From the NCBI GenBank assembly GCA_965217585.1, contig OZ244561.1:2784001-2848000 (forward strand): a stretch of DNA of 64,000 bases, in the 5' to 3' direction. The stretch is from Candidatus Latescibacterota bacterium (GTDB taxonomy: Bacteria; Latescibacterota; UBA2968; UBA8231). Shown piece by piece: positions 9,292 through 19,324 of the stretch (positions are counted from its first letter, which is position 1; each line of letters begins with the position of its first letter). Both the position numbers and the translations under genes were made by a program. Under the pieces are notes generated by a model. That model was not told the DNA's origin and did no database searches. It saw only the letters and a list, made by a program, of their open reading frames with translations.

Positions 9292-10541
9292 AACGATTGG
9301 AACTTCTCGAACTGATAGCCGGGGGCGAAAACTCTGGAGTGGAGTTCAAGCGGGATGATTTGCGTCCGGAGCAACTGGCGCGGGAAGTGGTGGCTCTCGC
9401 CAACTTTCAGGGGGGTCGCGTCCTGCTCGGAGTGGAAGACGACGGCACCATCACCGGCATACAGAGAGACGATCTCGAACAGTGGGTGATGGATTCCGTG
9501 TTTGGGCGCGTGGTGCATCCGATGATACTGCCATTCTACGAGGAGGTTCCGATAGATGACGTTCGCCGCGTCGCGGTTGTCACTGTCACGCAAGGTGCCA
9601 CCAAACCCTATGTCGTCCGGTATCGCGGCAGGGAAGACATCTACGTACGGATCGGCAGTACCTCTCGGCTGGCCTCGCGCGAGCAGCAGGCGCGGCTTTT
9701 TGCTGCCGGTGGGCTGATTCACACGGAGCTATTGCCCGTTTCCGGCAGCGGTCTGTGCGATTTGAGCCGGGAACGGTTGGCGGACTATCTCACCGCTATT
9801 GTCGGCGACCGGGAAGTGCCGGAGACCGACGAGGCGTGGAACGAGCGGCTTTGCGCGCTGGGATTCATGGTCGAGCGGGAGGACGGCCCGCCCGCCTGTA
9901 CGATCGCCGGATTGATCCTGTTCGGCTATCGGCCGCGCCGCCTGTTGCGCCATGCCGGCATCCGCTGGATGTGCTTTGAGGGGCGGGAGAAAACCTACGA
10001 TGCCCTTGACGATCAAGTGATTGAAGGGCCGCTTGTCGATCATTGGCAGGTGCTGTCGGGGGGTCGTGAACTGGTGGAGAAGGGGCTGATTGAACGCCTT
10101 GCCGATGCGATGCGGCCGTTTGTATCCGAGGAGGCTGGCCAAGTAGAAGAATCCATGCGCCGGGAACGACGCTGGCACTATCCGCTGGAAGCGCTGCGCG
10201 AAGGCGTTGTCAATGCGCTGACGCATCGGGATTGGACGCGGTACGAGGAGATTGAGGTGGTCCGTTATGCGGACCGGATAGAGATACTCAGCCCTGGTGC
10301 ACTGCAAAACGGCATGACGGTCGAAAAAATGGTTGCTGGTCAACGGGTTCCCCGCAATCTGCTCATCTCCGAGACGCTGCGGGACTACAGCTATTCGGAT
10401 GCACGCGGCATGGGGGTGCGGAACAAGATCATTCCGTTGATGCGGGCGCACAACGGCGTTGACCCGGAGTTTGAGGCGACGGAGGACTACTTGCGGTTGA
10501 CGCTGCGCCGAGGTTCGGCACAAAGGCCGAGGGACGATTGA
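9288..10541 (+). CDS. AlbA_2 (Schlafen-like) domain plus RecG-C/HATPase_c_4 protein
   Basis: GENSGVEFK, VALANFQGGRVLLGVEDDG, REGVVNALTHRDW and IEILSPG motifs. Confidence 0.85.
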   Translation: MKRLELLELIAGGENSGVEFKRDDLRPEQLAREVVALANFQGGRVLLGVEDDGTITGIQRDDLEQWVMDSVFGRVVHPMILPFYEEVPIDDVRRVAVVTVTQGATKPYVVRYRGREDIYVRIGSTSRLASREQQARLFAAGGLIHTELLPVSGSGLCDLSRERLADYLTAIVGDREVPETDEAWNERLCALGFMVEREDGPPACTIAGLILFGYRPRRLLRHAGIRWMCFEGREKTYDALDDQVIEGPLVDHWQVLSGGRELVEKGLIERLADAMRPFVSEEAGQVEESMRRERRWHYPLEALREGVVNALTHRDWTRYEEIEVVRYADRIEILSPGALQNGMTVEKMVAGQRVPRNLLISETLRDYSYSDARGMGVRNKIIPLMRAHNGVDPEFEATEDYLRLTLRRGSAQRPRDD

Positions 10542-10585
10542 AGCGGATGGGGATTGCGCTATGAGTCAAACGAAAGAAAAATAAA

Positions 10586-10897
10586 ATGTCCGCACCAAGA
10601 CCTCGGTACAGCAAAGAGGAGTTTGCTCGCCGTGGCGATGAGATTTACGACCGAGATATAAGCCCTCATGTTGGACCTGACGACGAAGGTAAATTCGTGG
10701 TCATCGACATTGAGACGGGAGCATATGAGATTGATCAGGATGAACTGGCTGCATCCGACCGGCTTCTTGCCCGCAGACTTGATGCACAAATTTGGACAAG
10801 GCGTGTCAGATCCCGGTATGCTCGCCGCCTGCCGCGCAGATTGAACAGACAGTGTCTGCGAAATTCACGACCGCTGCTGCCATTCGAGATCAGGTGA
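10586..10897 (+). CDS. Small hypothetical protein (DUF5678-like), C-terminus probably chimeric
   Basis: RYSKEEFARRGDEIY...GKFVVIDIETGAYEID; the tail overlaps a yhcG-like fragment at 10838-10871. Confidence 0.55.
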   Translation: MSAPRPRYSKEEFARRGDEIYDRDISPHVGPDDEGKFVVIDIETGAYEIDQDELAASDRLLARRLDAQIWTRRVRSRYARRLPRRLNRQCLRNSRPLLPFEIR

Positions 10898-10902
10898 ACT
10901 TG

Positions 10903-12120
10903 ATGGATAGCGGGCAAGGGACAATGGGCAGCGTCCTTGGAAATAGACGCCGTGTGCTATCGGAAGAGGTGCCAGTGGGTTACAAGCGGACTGAGGTGGG
11001 GGTGATTCCAACTGATTGGATTGTTACTCGTCTTGGCGGCTGCGGTGAGATAATCATGGGTCAGTCCCCGCCCGGTACGTCCTATAACAGGTCAGGCGTT
11101 GGTAGTCCACTGATCAATGGCCCCACTGAGTTCACTGAATTACATCCAGTCAAAGTTCAATGGACGACACAGCCTGCGAGGTTTTGTAAGCCCGGAGACC
11201 TGTTGATTTGTGTGCGAGGAAGCTCTACCGGGCGTACCAATTATGCAGACGAAATATATGCGATCGGTCGCGGCGTCGCTGCGATACGAGCCAAAGCCGA
11301 CAATGACACGCAATACTTGAGCTATCAAGTGATATCGGGGGTATCCGATCTTCTGGCGGCAGCGACGGGATCTACATTCCCAAGCGTCGATGGCGCATCA
11401 TTCAGGAAGATCCTCGTTTTATTGCCTTCTCCAGCCGAACAACGCGCCATGGCCGAGGCGTTGTCGGATGTGGATGGGTTGCTCGCGGCGTTGGAGGCGC
11501 TGATCGCCAAGAAGCGGGCCATCAAGCAGGCCGCCATGCAGCAACTCCTCACCGGCAAGAGCCGCCTGCCGGGGTTTAGCGGGGCGTGGGAGACGAAGCG
11601 GTTGGGGGAGATCGCACCACTACAAAGAGGTTTTGATTTGCCCACCTCACAAATCCAACCAGGATCATACGCTGTCGTTTATTCAAATGGTGTCTTACAG
11701 CACCATGAACGGGCGATGGTGAAGGGTCCGGGCGTCGTCACTGGGCGATCAGGGACAATTGGGAAAGTTCATTTCATCGAAAAGGACTACTGGCCGCATA
11801 ACACAGCTCTTTGGGTCACGTCCTTTCGCGAGAACGACCCGAAGTTCATTTACTACCTTTACACCCACATCAATCTCGTACAATTCCTGTCTGGCTCAGG
11901 CGTTCCTACGTTGAATCGAAATGATGTTCATCAGCATCTCGTCGCTTGTCCCCCTCTCCCAGAGCAACGCGCCATCGCCGCCGTCCTCTCCAACATGGAC
12001 GCCGAGATCGCCGCGCTGGAACGACGCCGGGCCAAGACCCGCGCCGTCAAGCAGGGCATGATGCAGCAGCTTCTCACCGGCCGGGTGAGGCTGGTCAAAT
12101 CGGAGCAGTCATGGCGGTAA
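10903..12120 (+). CDS. hsdS: Type I R-M specificity subunit S
   Basis: VPVGYKRTEVGVIP, EQRAMAEALSD, KQAAMQQLLTG and KQGMMQQLLTG conserved repeats; two TRDs. Confidence 0.95.
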   Translation: MDSGQGTMGSVLGNRRRVLSEEVPVGYKRTEVGVIPTDWIVTRLGGCGEIIMGQSPPGTSYNRSGVGSPLINGPTEFTELHPVKVQWTTQPARFCKPGDLLICVRGSSTGRTNYADEIYAIGRGVAAIRAKADNDTQYLSYQVISGVSDLLAAATGSTFPSVDGASFRKILVLLPSPAEQRAMAEALSDVDGLLAALEALIAKKRAIKQAAMQQLLTGKSRLPGFSGAWETKRLGEIAPLQRGFDLPTSQIQPGSYAVVYSNGVLQHHERAMVKGPGVVTGRSGTIGKVHFIEKDYWPHNTALWVTSFRENDPKFIYYLYTHINLVQFLSGSGVPTLNRNDVHQHLVACPPLPEQRAIAAVLSNMDAEIAALERRRAKTRAVKQGMMQQLLTGRVRLVKSEQSWR

Positions 12121-12590
12121 CGTACTTAGACCAGGAGATCGAGTCGTTGGTACAGGAGCGCAAGCCTGCGCCTGCCGATTGGCACAATCGGATTCGTCTA
12201 AAACCCAAGCGGGGGCACGATGAGGAGCAACTGGATCTGACCGGTGATGCAGGTAACGAGTTCCGCTTGATCTTTAGGCAGAACAAGATCAATCCGCTCG
12301 ACTTCTCGGTCATCCTAGCTGTTCGAGTTCCGGGATTGAGCCAGATATTTCGCCTCCGGCGCTACAACGGCAAGAGCCACGAACACACCAACCATATCGA
12401 AGACGTCACATTTTATGATTTTCACATTCACATTGCGACGGAGCGGTATCAGGAGCGCGGAACACGAGAGGACGCCTACGCCGAGCCGACTGATCGTTAT
12501 GGCGATTTCCACGGTGCCCTTCGCTGTCTAATTAACGACGCGAATCTCGAAGTCCCGCCCGAATCGCAGGGCAACCTTTTCGAGGAGTAG
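12111..12590 (+). CDS. Hypothetical protein (DUF6978-like)
   Basis: ATG overlaps the hsdS end; FRLRRYNGKSHEHTN...FHIHIATERY; directly precedes a DUF1828-like gene. Confidence 0.6.
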   Translation: MAVTYLDQEIESLVQERKPAPADWHNRIRLKPKRGHDEEQLDLTGDAGNEFRLIFRQNKINPLDFSVILAVRVPGLSQIFRLRRYNGKSHEHTNHIEDVTFYDFHIHIATERYQERGTREDAYAEPTDRYGDFHGALRCLINDANLEVPPESQGNLFEE

Positions 12591-12593
12591 TAA

Positions 12594-13373
12594 GTGATGT
12601 CCATCGAGACCATAGAGCGAGATTTTCACCAGAAGGTTTCGGCGAAGGTTCGGCTAGCAGCCGAGGGCATGGAACGCTTCCGCGTGTTTACTCCGTTCCT
12701 GTTCGAGGACGGCGACCACTTAGCCATTGTCCTGAAAAAGGAGGGAGCGCGGTGGGTACTGTCCGATGAGGCGCATACGTACATGCACCTAACCTATGAC
12801 ATTGATGAGAGGGATTTTCATGGCGGCACGCGCCAGAAGATCATCTCCAACGCACTGTCCACGTTCCAGATTGAGGACCGCGATGGCGAGTTGGTACTCG
12901 ACGTGCCGAATGAACGTTACGGTGACGCGCTGTATTCCTTTGTGCAGGCGCTTCTCAAGATCTCCGACGTGTCGTACTTGTCGCGGGAACGGATTCGGTC
13001 CACGTTCATGGAGGATTTTCGGGCACTGTTGAGTGAAGCTGTCCCGGAAGAGCGCAGGAGTTTTGACTGGAGCGATCCCAGACATGACCCCCACGGGATG
13101 TACACCGTGGACTGCCGAATCAACGGCATGCCCCGACCGCTTTTCGTTCACGCCCTCACCAGTGACGGCAGGACCCGCGATACTACGATCGCGCTGCTCC
13201 AGTTCGAGAAGTGGAATATCCCGTTTCGTTCCCTAGCCATCTTCGAGGATCAGGAGTCGATCAATCGCAAGGTGTTGGCACGCTTCAGCGATGTCTGCGA
13301 GAAGCAGTTCTCCAGCCTCACCGCGAACCGGGAAAGGATCACACGCTTTCTGCATGAAAGCATCTCAGGATGA
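12594..13373 (+). CDS. DUF1828 domain protein
   Basis: [15 protein letters not shown]...VLSDEAHT N-terminal pattern. Confidence 0.7.
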   Translation: MMSIETIERDFHQKVSAKVRLAAEGMERFRVFTPFLFEDGDHLAIVLKKEGARWVLSDEAHTYMHLTYDIDERDFHGGTRQKIISNALSTFQIEDRDGELVLDVPNERYGDALYSFVQALLKISDVSYLSRERIRSTFMEDFRALLSEAVPEERRSFDWSDPRHDPHGMYTVDCRINGMPRPLFVHALTSDGRTRDTTIALLQFEKWNIPFRSLAIFEDQESINRKVLARFSDVCEKQFSSLTANRERITRFLHESISG

Positions 13374-13394
13374 GACACCAGGAACTCACGGAGC

Positions 13395-14069
13395 TTGAGC
13401 GTGCCGACGAATATCCACCTAGACTACGCCAGTCCCCTCACGATTCAGATTCGCGTGCACGACGACCGGATCACAATCTGGAATGCGGTGCAGTTGCCAC
13501 CTGAACGGGCTACAGGTCAACTTGCCGGGGAACTTTCGTCAAAGCCGTATAACCCGCGAATCGCCTACGCGTTCTTCCGTGCCGGAATGATCGAAGCTTG
13601 GGGACGGGGTATCTGGCGAATCGTGGAAATGTGCAAAGAGGCTGGCAACCCCACGCCACAGTGGAAGCTGGAAGCTGGCGGTGACGGTCTGTGGTTGAGG
13701 TTCCCGTTCTCTGCCGCGTACTTGGACTTGGACAGGGAAACAAGGCAAGTCATAGGGAGGCCAGAGTCGCAAGTAGACCGGAATCAAGATGGGGTGCAAG
13801 ATGGGGTGCAAGCTGAATTGTCAGTCAGAGATGTTGCCATGCTGCAAGCTTGTATTCAAGGAGCGACTACGAGTAAGGGATTGCGAGCGGCTGCGAGCTA
13901 TTCGACGCGAACGAGGAGCTTCGAGCAGCGGCTTGAGCGACTCCTGCAAGAAGAATTGTTGGAAATGACTCTCCCTGACAAACCGAGGAGTCCATTGCAG
14001 GAGTATCGGCTGACGGACAAGGGGCGGGCCGCGCTCGCAAGTCTGAATCCAGAGAGCACACAGACATAA
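13395..14069 (+). pseudogene. N-terminally truncated RecG-C/HATPase_c_4 plus winged-HTH protein
   Basis: Starts mid-domain (IH.DY...IQIRVHDDRITIWN, NPRIA, IEAWGRG) and ends with PDKPRSPLQEYRLT; 12-bp tandem CAAGATGGGGTG in the linker. Confidence 0.65.
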
Positions 14070-14170
14070 GCGCCTTCGCCTCGGCCATCTTCCGCCTCGC
14101 TTCCGCACGGGGAAAGCTGGTCAATCGGCAGGCCGTCGCTTAGGTTTGCCTCCGCGAAAGGAGGAATCGC

Positions 14171-14968
14171 ATGGCGTCAGAATACAAGGTTTTGCTCATC
14201 GGTGGGCGCGGCACGATTGGCTCGGGCCTGCGGACCTATATGCCGAGGCTCGACCCGCGCTACCGCATGGTTTCCGTGGATTTGCCCGGCGCGCCAGATA
14301 AGGCGACCGAGCCGGATGCCGGAGGGGATTTTATCGACCTCGATATTACGGAGTCGCCGGATGCTTTCCGCGCCTTGATCCCCGGGTGCGACTTGGTCGT
14401 CTATCTGGCTCGCGGCGGCGACTTGGCGGCCATGCACCGGATGACCGACTTGGTGTTTGCAGCGGTGTTGGCCCAAGACGAGCCGCCGATGATCGTCGGT
14501 TCCAGCTCGGTGCACGCGGTCGATGGGCTGTACGCCTTTCACCAGCCGGGTTTCTTTTGGACCTTGGCCGAGCGGCGGTTCGACGAGATAACCGATTGGC
14601 CCGAACGGATTTCCGCGGCCGTGCCCGCGCATCCGATCAACGACTACGGACGCGAAAAAGCCCACGTGGAAGAGTGGGCGCAAAAGGTCGCCGACCAGGG
14701 CCACAGCGCGGTTGCCATGCGCTGGGGCGGCGTCAACGCGCGAAACGCCGTCCGCGTACCGGAGCGGGGCTACTTTGCCGTCTGGTGCCATCAAGAGGAC
14801 GCTGCCCGCTTGGTCCACGCCTGCTTCCAGCGGCATTGCGCCGGCGACCTGCCCAGCGGTGCGCATTACTTTGCGATCTCGGACAACACCTATAACATCT
14901 TTGACATTGAAACGCCCCGGCGGGAAGTCGGCTACGACCCGGTGCACAACGCGGAGACGTATTACTAA
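14171..14968 (+). CDS. NAD-dependent epimerase/dehydratase
   Basis: IGGRGTIG, SSSVHA and YGREK motifs. Confidence 0.8.
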   Translation: MASEYKVLLIGGRGTIGSGLRTYMPRLDPRYRMVSVDLPGAPDKATEPDAGGDFIDLDITESPDAFRALIPGCDLVVYLARGGDLAAMHRMTDLVFAAVLAQDEPPMIVGSSSVHAVDGLYAFHQPGFFWTLAERRFDEITDWPERISAAVPAHPINDYGREKAHVEEWAQKVADQGHSAVAMRWGGVNARNAVRVPERGYFAVWCHQEDAARLVHACFQRHCAGDLPSGAHYFAISDNTYNIFDIETPRREVGYDPVHNAETYY

Positions 14969-15805
14969 ATGAACGACACAGAAAAATTCCTCTTCGACCT
15001 ACAGGGCTTCCTAAAGGTCCCCGACTTCCTCACGGACGCCGAAGTCGATGCACTCAACGCGGCCTTTGACGCCAATGAGGACAAGCGAGGCGAAGACGGC
15101 AATCACAATACCGGCGGCAGTGACGCGCTCGAGGGCCGGCGGCGCGGCATGTTCACGGGGATGCTCGAATGGGAAAAACCCCACTGTCTGCCCTTCCGCA
15201 CTCTCTTGGCGCACAAAAAGCTCATCCCCTATCTCGACGCGCTCTTTGGCCGCGGCTGGAAGATGGACCACTCGCCCTTTATGCTCTGCGGCGGCAAGGG
15301 AGCCGAGGGCCTGATCCTCCACGGCTCGACTAGCCGCCACTTTAATGGCTCGCAGTACTACGCTTATGCCAACGACCAGATGCGCTGCGGCATGATCGTC
15401 TGCCAGTTCCAACTCGCCGACGTCAACGAGGGCGACGGTGGGCTGTGCGTGATCCCAGGCAGCCACAAGGCGAATTTCCCGCGGCCGCAAAAAATTTGCC
15501 ACTGGCAGGAGCACCGCGAAGTCGTGTACAACGTCCCCTGCAAGACCGGCGACATGGTCATCTTCAACGAGGCGACCTTGCACGGCACGCTCCCGTGGAC
15601 GGCCGAGCACGAGCGACGCTCCCTACTCTACCGCTACTCACCCAAGTATTTGCACTTTGCCGGCGGCACCTACCAAACCAGCCAGCCGGAATGGGTCAGC
15701 GAGCTGACCGAGGCGCAGCAGGCCGTGCTCGAACCCCCTTATATCTACAACCGGCCGCTGGTGGAAGCCGATGGCGAAACTGTAGTCCGCCCGCGCACTG
15801 GCTGA
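14969..15805 (+). CDS. Phytanoyl-CoA dioxygenase (PhyH) family
   Basis: FDLQGFL, GGLCVIPGSHK and GDMVIFNEATLHG motifs. Confidence 0.85.
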   Translation: MNDTEKFLFDLQGFLKVPDFLTDAEVDALNAAFDANEDKRGEDGNHNTGGSDALEGRRRGMFTGMLEWEKPHCLPFRTLLAHKKLIPYLDALFGRGWKMDHSPFMLCGGKGAEGLILHGSTSRHFNGSQYYAYANDQMRCGMIVCQFQLADVNEGDGGLCVIPGSHKANFPRPQKICHWQEHREVVYNVPCKTGDMVIFNEATLHGTLPWTAEHERRSLLYRYSPKYLHFAGGTYQTSQPEWVSELTEAQQAVLEPPYIYNRPLVEADGETVVRPRTG

Positions 15806-15837
15806 GCCTTTTCCCTGTCGCACAGAAAGGATTTTTT

Positions 15838-16878
15838 ATGTCCGTCATTTCTGCCACTGACCCTCGCCTGACGTGGAGCGGTGTCCTCTCACTCGAAGAG
15901 GGGCCGAACTGGGTCAAGCCTTGGCGCATTCCCCATGGGGATGCGGACCTGTACTCGCCCGGAGAGAGCGGCCTTGCCGAGCGGGCCGAGATGCCTTCGG
16001 GCGTGCGCGTGCGCTTGGCCACTGATGCCGAGGAATTAGTCGTCGGCTGCGAGCCGCTAGCTGAGGACGGCCGCTTTGACCTGTGCATCGGCGGGCAGAT
16101 AGCGGCTACGGCTTCGTATGCGGCTGGCGCGACCGAGGTCCGCTTTGAGGACTTGCCGGCGGGCGAGAAATCCTTGGAGATTTGGCTGTCGCCGGCCATG
16201 CCCGTCGCCCTGCGCCACATTGCATTGCCCGAGGGAGCGCATTGCGAAAAAAGCGAGGACACTCGGCTGAAGTGGGTCGCGTATGGCAGCTCCATCACCC
16301 ATTGCCGCACCGCGGGATCGCCCGCCGCCACTTGGCCTGGGGTGGTAGCTCGCGCTCGAGACTTCAACCTCACGTCGCTGGGCTACGGCGGCCAGTGCCA
16401 CGCCGACCCGTTCATCGCCCGGCTGATCCGCGACCTGCCCGCAGACTTTATCTCGGTCAAGATCGGCATCAACATCCACGGTGCGGCTAGCCTCGGCCCG
16501 CGCGCCTTCCGCCCGGCCGTCCTCGGCACCATTGCCACCATCCGCGACGGCCATCCCCACACTCCGTTTGCGGTCTGCTCGCCGATTTGGGGCCACGACC
16601 GCGAGACCACGCCCAATGCGGTTGGCTTAACTTTGGAGCAGATGCGCGTCGAGGTTGCGGAGGCCGTGGAAGCGTTCAAAAGGCGCGGCGACGACAACAT
16701 CTATTATATAGACGGTCTCAAGCTCTTTGACGAAAGCCTCGCCGAATATCTGCCCGACAATCTCCACCCGGACGCCACCGGCTACGAGATCATGGGGCAG
16801 AATTTTCTCGAAGAAGTGTTTGGGGTGCAGGGGGTGGAGGTGGGGAAGAAGCCTGGCCAGCGGGCATCGACCGCCTGA
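15838..16878 (+). CDS. SGNH/GDSL hydrolase
   Basis: YGSSITH, SLGYGG, KIGIN and DNLHP blocks; start at the ATG after AGAAAGGA. Confidence 0.85.
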   Translation: MSVISATDPRLTWSGVLSLEEGPNWVKPWRIPHGDADLYSPGESGLAERAEMPSGVRVRLATDAEELVVGCEPLAEDGRFDLCIGGQIAATASYAAGATEVRFEDLPAGEKSLEIWLSPAMPVALRHIALPEGAHCEKSEDTRLKWVAYGSSITHCRTAGSPAATWPGVVARARDFNLTSLGYGGQCHADPFIARLIRDLPADFISVKIGINIHGAASLGPRAFRPAVLGTIATIRDGHPHTPFAVCSPIWGHDRETTPNAVGLTLEQMRVEVAEAVEAFKRRGDDNIYYIDGLKLFDESLAEYLPDNLHPDATGYEIMGQNFLEEVFGVQGVEVGKKPGQRASTA

Positions 16879-16898
16879 AGACTAGATTAGGAGGCATT

Positions 16899-17483
16899 AT
16901 GCAGGTTGTATGGGAGTTGGATAATTTAGAGCAGTTGGGCGACAACAAACTCGACGTGAGTGGCCGACCCGCCGTAATTGCGGGCCCCTATGGACCGGCT
17001 ATCGAGTTCGATGGGGTGCGGGATGCGTTGTTTATCGGGACCAATCCCCTCGCTGGGCTGGAGGTTTTTACCATTGAACTTGATTTCCGGCCCGATGAGG
17101 GTGGGTTGGCCGAGCAGCGCTTCTTGCATTTGGGGGAAGCCAGCGGGGACCGCGTGCTTTTCGAGACGCGTCTGACCGGGGCCGGGCACTGGTATCTCGA
17201 CACCTTTATCAGCTCGGGAGACTCGAACCGGCCCTTGTTAAACGAAGGCCAGCTCCATCCCGTGGGGGAGTGGTACCATTTAGCACTGACCTGCGACGGG
17301 CGCGATGAAACCAACTTTGTCAATGGCGTTGAGGAGGCGAGCGGGCCGATTGATTTTGCCCCGTTAACAGCGGGCCAGACGTCGATTGGGGTGCGGTTGA
17401 ATCGCGTGTGTTGGTTTAAGGGAGCGATTGGTCGGATCCGGTTTACGGCCGGAGTATTGGCACCAGAGGAATTTATGCACTAG
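16899..17483 (+). CDS. LamG-like jellyroll domain protein
   Basis: AIEFDG, GEWYHLALTCDG and FKGAIGRIRF motifs. Confidence 0.75.
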   Translation: MQVVWELDNLEQLGDNKLDVSGRPAVIAGPYGPAIEFDGVRDALFIGTNPLAGLEVFTIELDFRPDEGGLAEQRFLHLGEASGDRVLFETRLTGAGHWYLDTFISSGDSNRPLLNEGQLHPVGEWYHLALTCDGRDETNFVNGVEEASGPIDFAPLTAGQTSIGVRLNRVCWFKGAIGRIRFTAGVLAPEEFMH

Positions 17484-17703
17484 GCCTGCAGGCGGGATAG
17501 CAGAAATCTTGTTTGTTGCGTAAATAGCTGTAATTAGGTATCTTATTCAATAGTGTAGTTTATCTGAACCTTTCAGACTACGCGAAGTTTTTTAAACCTA
17601 CCGACGGTTTCTGCGCTTTTCTCGGCACCCCCAATCCAATCCTGTTTTGAGTGTATCCCCGAGGCATGTCGCTTTATCTCTCGGACTATCAAGACAGGAG
17701 TTT

Positions 17704-19122
17704 ATGTCTTCTATTCAATTTGAAGCCCTCAAGCTAAACGAGCCATTGCTGCGCGCGTTGGCTAAAGAAGGGTACCAACAGCCGACGCCAATCCAGGAAC
17801 AGGCTATTCCCAAGGTGCTGGCGGGCCAAGATCTGTTGGCCACCGCACAGACGGGTACCGGCAAAACGGCGGCCTTTGCACTGCCGATGCTGCAAGTGCT
17901 CGACGGGCGCAAGGGCCGCGGACAAATCCGGGCGCTGATATTGACGCCGACGCGGGAGCTGGCGTTGCAGATCGACGAGAGTTTCCGCAACTATGGCCGC
18001 TATCTAAAGCTCACCAGCATGGTGATTCTCGGTGGAGTGCCGCTGGGCCCACAAGTGAGCGCGCTGCGCAAAAACCCCGATATCGTGGTGGCGACGCCGG
18101 GCCGCTTGCTCGACCTGATGAACCAGGGCTATATAAAGCTGGACCAGATCGAGATGCTGGTCCTCGACGAGGGCGACCGGATGTTGGACATGGGCTTTAT
18201 CCACGACGTGCGCCGGATTGTCGAGACCTTGCCCAAAAAGCGGCAGACGATGCTCTTTTCGGCGACCTTGTCCAAGGATATCACCGCACTAGCCGGTGAT
18301 ATGCTCGACAAGCCGGTCAACGCCGAGGTGACGCCGGCGGCGTCGGTGTCGGAACGAATCGACCAACAAGTGCTCTTTGTCGAACAAGATGGCAAACGCG
18401 ATCTGCTGAAGCAGGTGCTCAAGGGCGAAGACGTGCGCCGCGCTCTGGTCTTTACGCGGACCAAGCGTCGAGCCGACAGGGTGATGAAGCAATTGTCCAA
18501 TCAGGGTATCGCCGCCGCCGCGATCCATGCCGACAAAAACCAGGGTGCCCGCCAGCGAGCGTTGGCGGCGTTTGATCGCGGGCGGATCAAGGTCCTGGTC
18601 GCCACCGATATCGTCGCCCGAGGTATCGACGTGGAGGGAATTTCCCACGTTATCAACTACGACCTGCCCAACGACAAGGAGAGCTATGTGCACCGGATCG
18701 GCCGCACGGCCCGAGCCGGGGCGGAAGGCATCGCCCTGTCGTTTTGCGCGACGGAGGAAGTGGCGATCTTGCGGAGCATTGAGCGGCTGACGGGCGTGCC
18801 CTTGACCATCGTCTCGCGCGGCGCAAGGGCGGAATACCAAGATAGCAATGGGGATAATGGGCAGGGTGCGGCGAAGAGGCAGCGAGGGGGCGAGGGAAAA
18901 CCCTCGAATGCGGCGAAACCGCGGCGCAGTGGCAATAGCAATGGCAGTAGCAATGGAAATCGCCGTGACGGGCCTCATGGTACATCGATGCTCGGTCCAG
19001 CCGCGAATGCACGGCGCGATGCCAATGCGAATTCGCAAAAGCGCACGGGGATGCAAGGCGAGAGGGTAAGCCGGCAAAGCCTGTTTGGGCGGCGGACTCG
19101 CGCGGCGCAGACGACTCGTTAG
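17704..19122 (+). CDS. rhlE: DEAD-box RNA helicase RhlE-like (motif II reads DEGD)
   Basis: Q motif PTPIQ, AQTGTGKT, PTRELA, DEGDRMLDMGF, SAT, ARGID and HRIGRTAR. Confidence 0.9.
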   Translation: MSSIQFEALKLNEPLLRALAKEGYQQPTPIQEQAIPKVLAGQDLLATAQTGTGKTAAFALPMLQVLDGRKGRGQIRALILTPTRELALQIDESFRNYGRYLKLTSMVILGGVPLGPQVSALRKNPDIVVATPGRLLDLMNQGYIKLDQIEMLVLDEGDRMLDMGFIHDVRRIVETLPKKRQTMLFSATLSKDITALAGDMLDKPVNAEVTPAASVSERIDQQVLFVEQDGKRDLLKQVLKGEDVRRALVFTRTKRRADRVMKQLSNQGIAAAAIHADKNQGARQRALAAFDRGRIKVLVATDIVARGIDVEGISHVINYDLPNDKESYVHRIGRTARAGAEGIALSFCATEEVAILRSIERLTGVPLTIVSRGARAEYQDSNGDNGQGAAKRQRGGEGKPSNAAKPRRSGNSNGSSNGNRRDGPHGTSMLGPAANARRDANANSQKRTGMQGERVSRQSLFGRRTRAAQTTR

Positions 19123-19150
19123 CGGCGCGATAGCGACAGGATGACCTGAA

Positions 19151-19184
19151 GATGCAGGGGCGTGATGTCTCTGCATCTTTTTTG
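19151..19184 (+). terminator. Intrinsic terminator after rhlE
   Basis: GATGCAGGGGC-loop-GTCTCTGCATC followed by a T tract. Confidence 0.7.
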
Positions 19185-19324
19185 TTCTGGACCGGGTCTG
19201 TGAGGGTGTGGAGCATCGTTGCTCAATGCGTTATATTCGGCGGACTCGCGCGGCGCAGACGACTCGTTAGCGATTCGCCGTCAGTGTGGCCGGTCAAACT
19301 CAAGGGCAGGATCGACTGAAAACT

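Noticed and set aside
10903-12120. Invertible hsdS shufflon
   Set aside because: No inverted hsdS half-copies or recombinase nearby; the repeats found are direct and limited to gene termini.
18925-18965. GGCAATAGCAAT-type short repeats in rhlE
   Set aside because: They encode the ordinary low-complexity Ser/Asn/Gly tail of a DEAD-box helicase.
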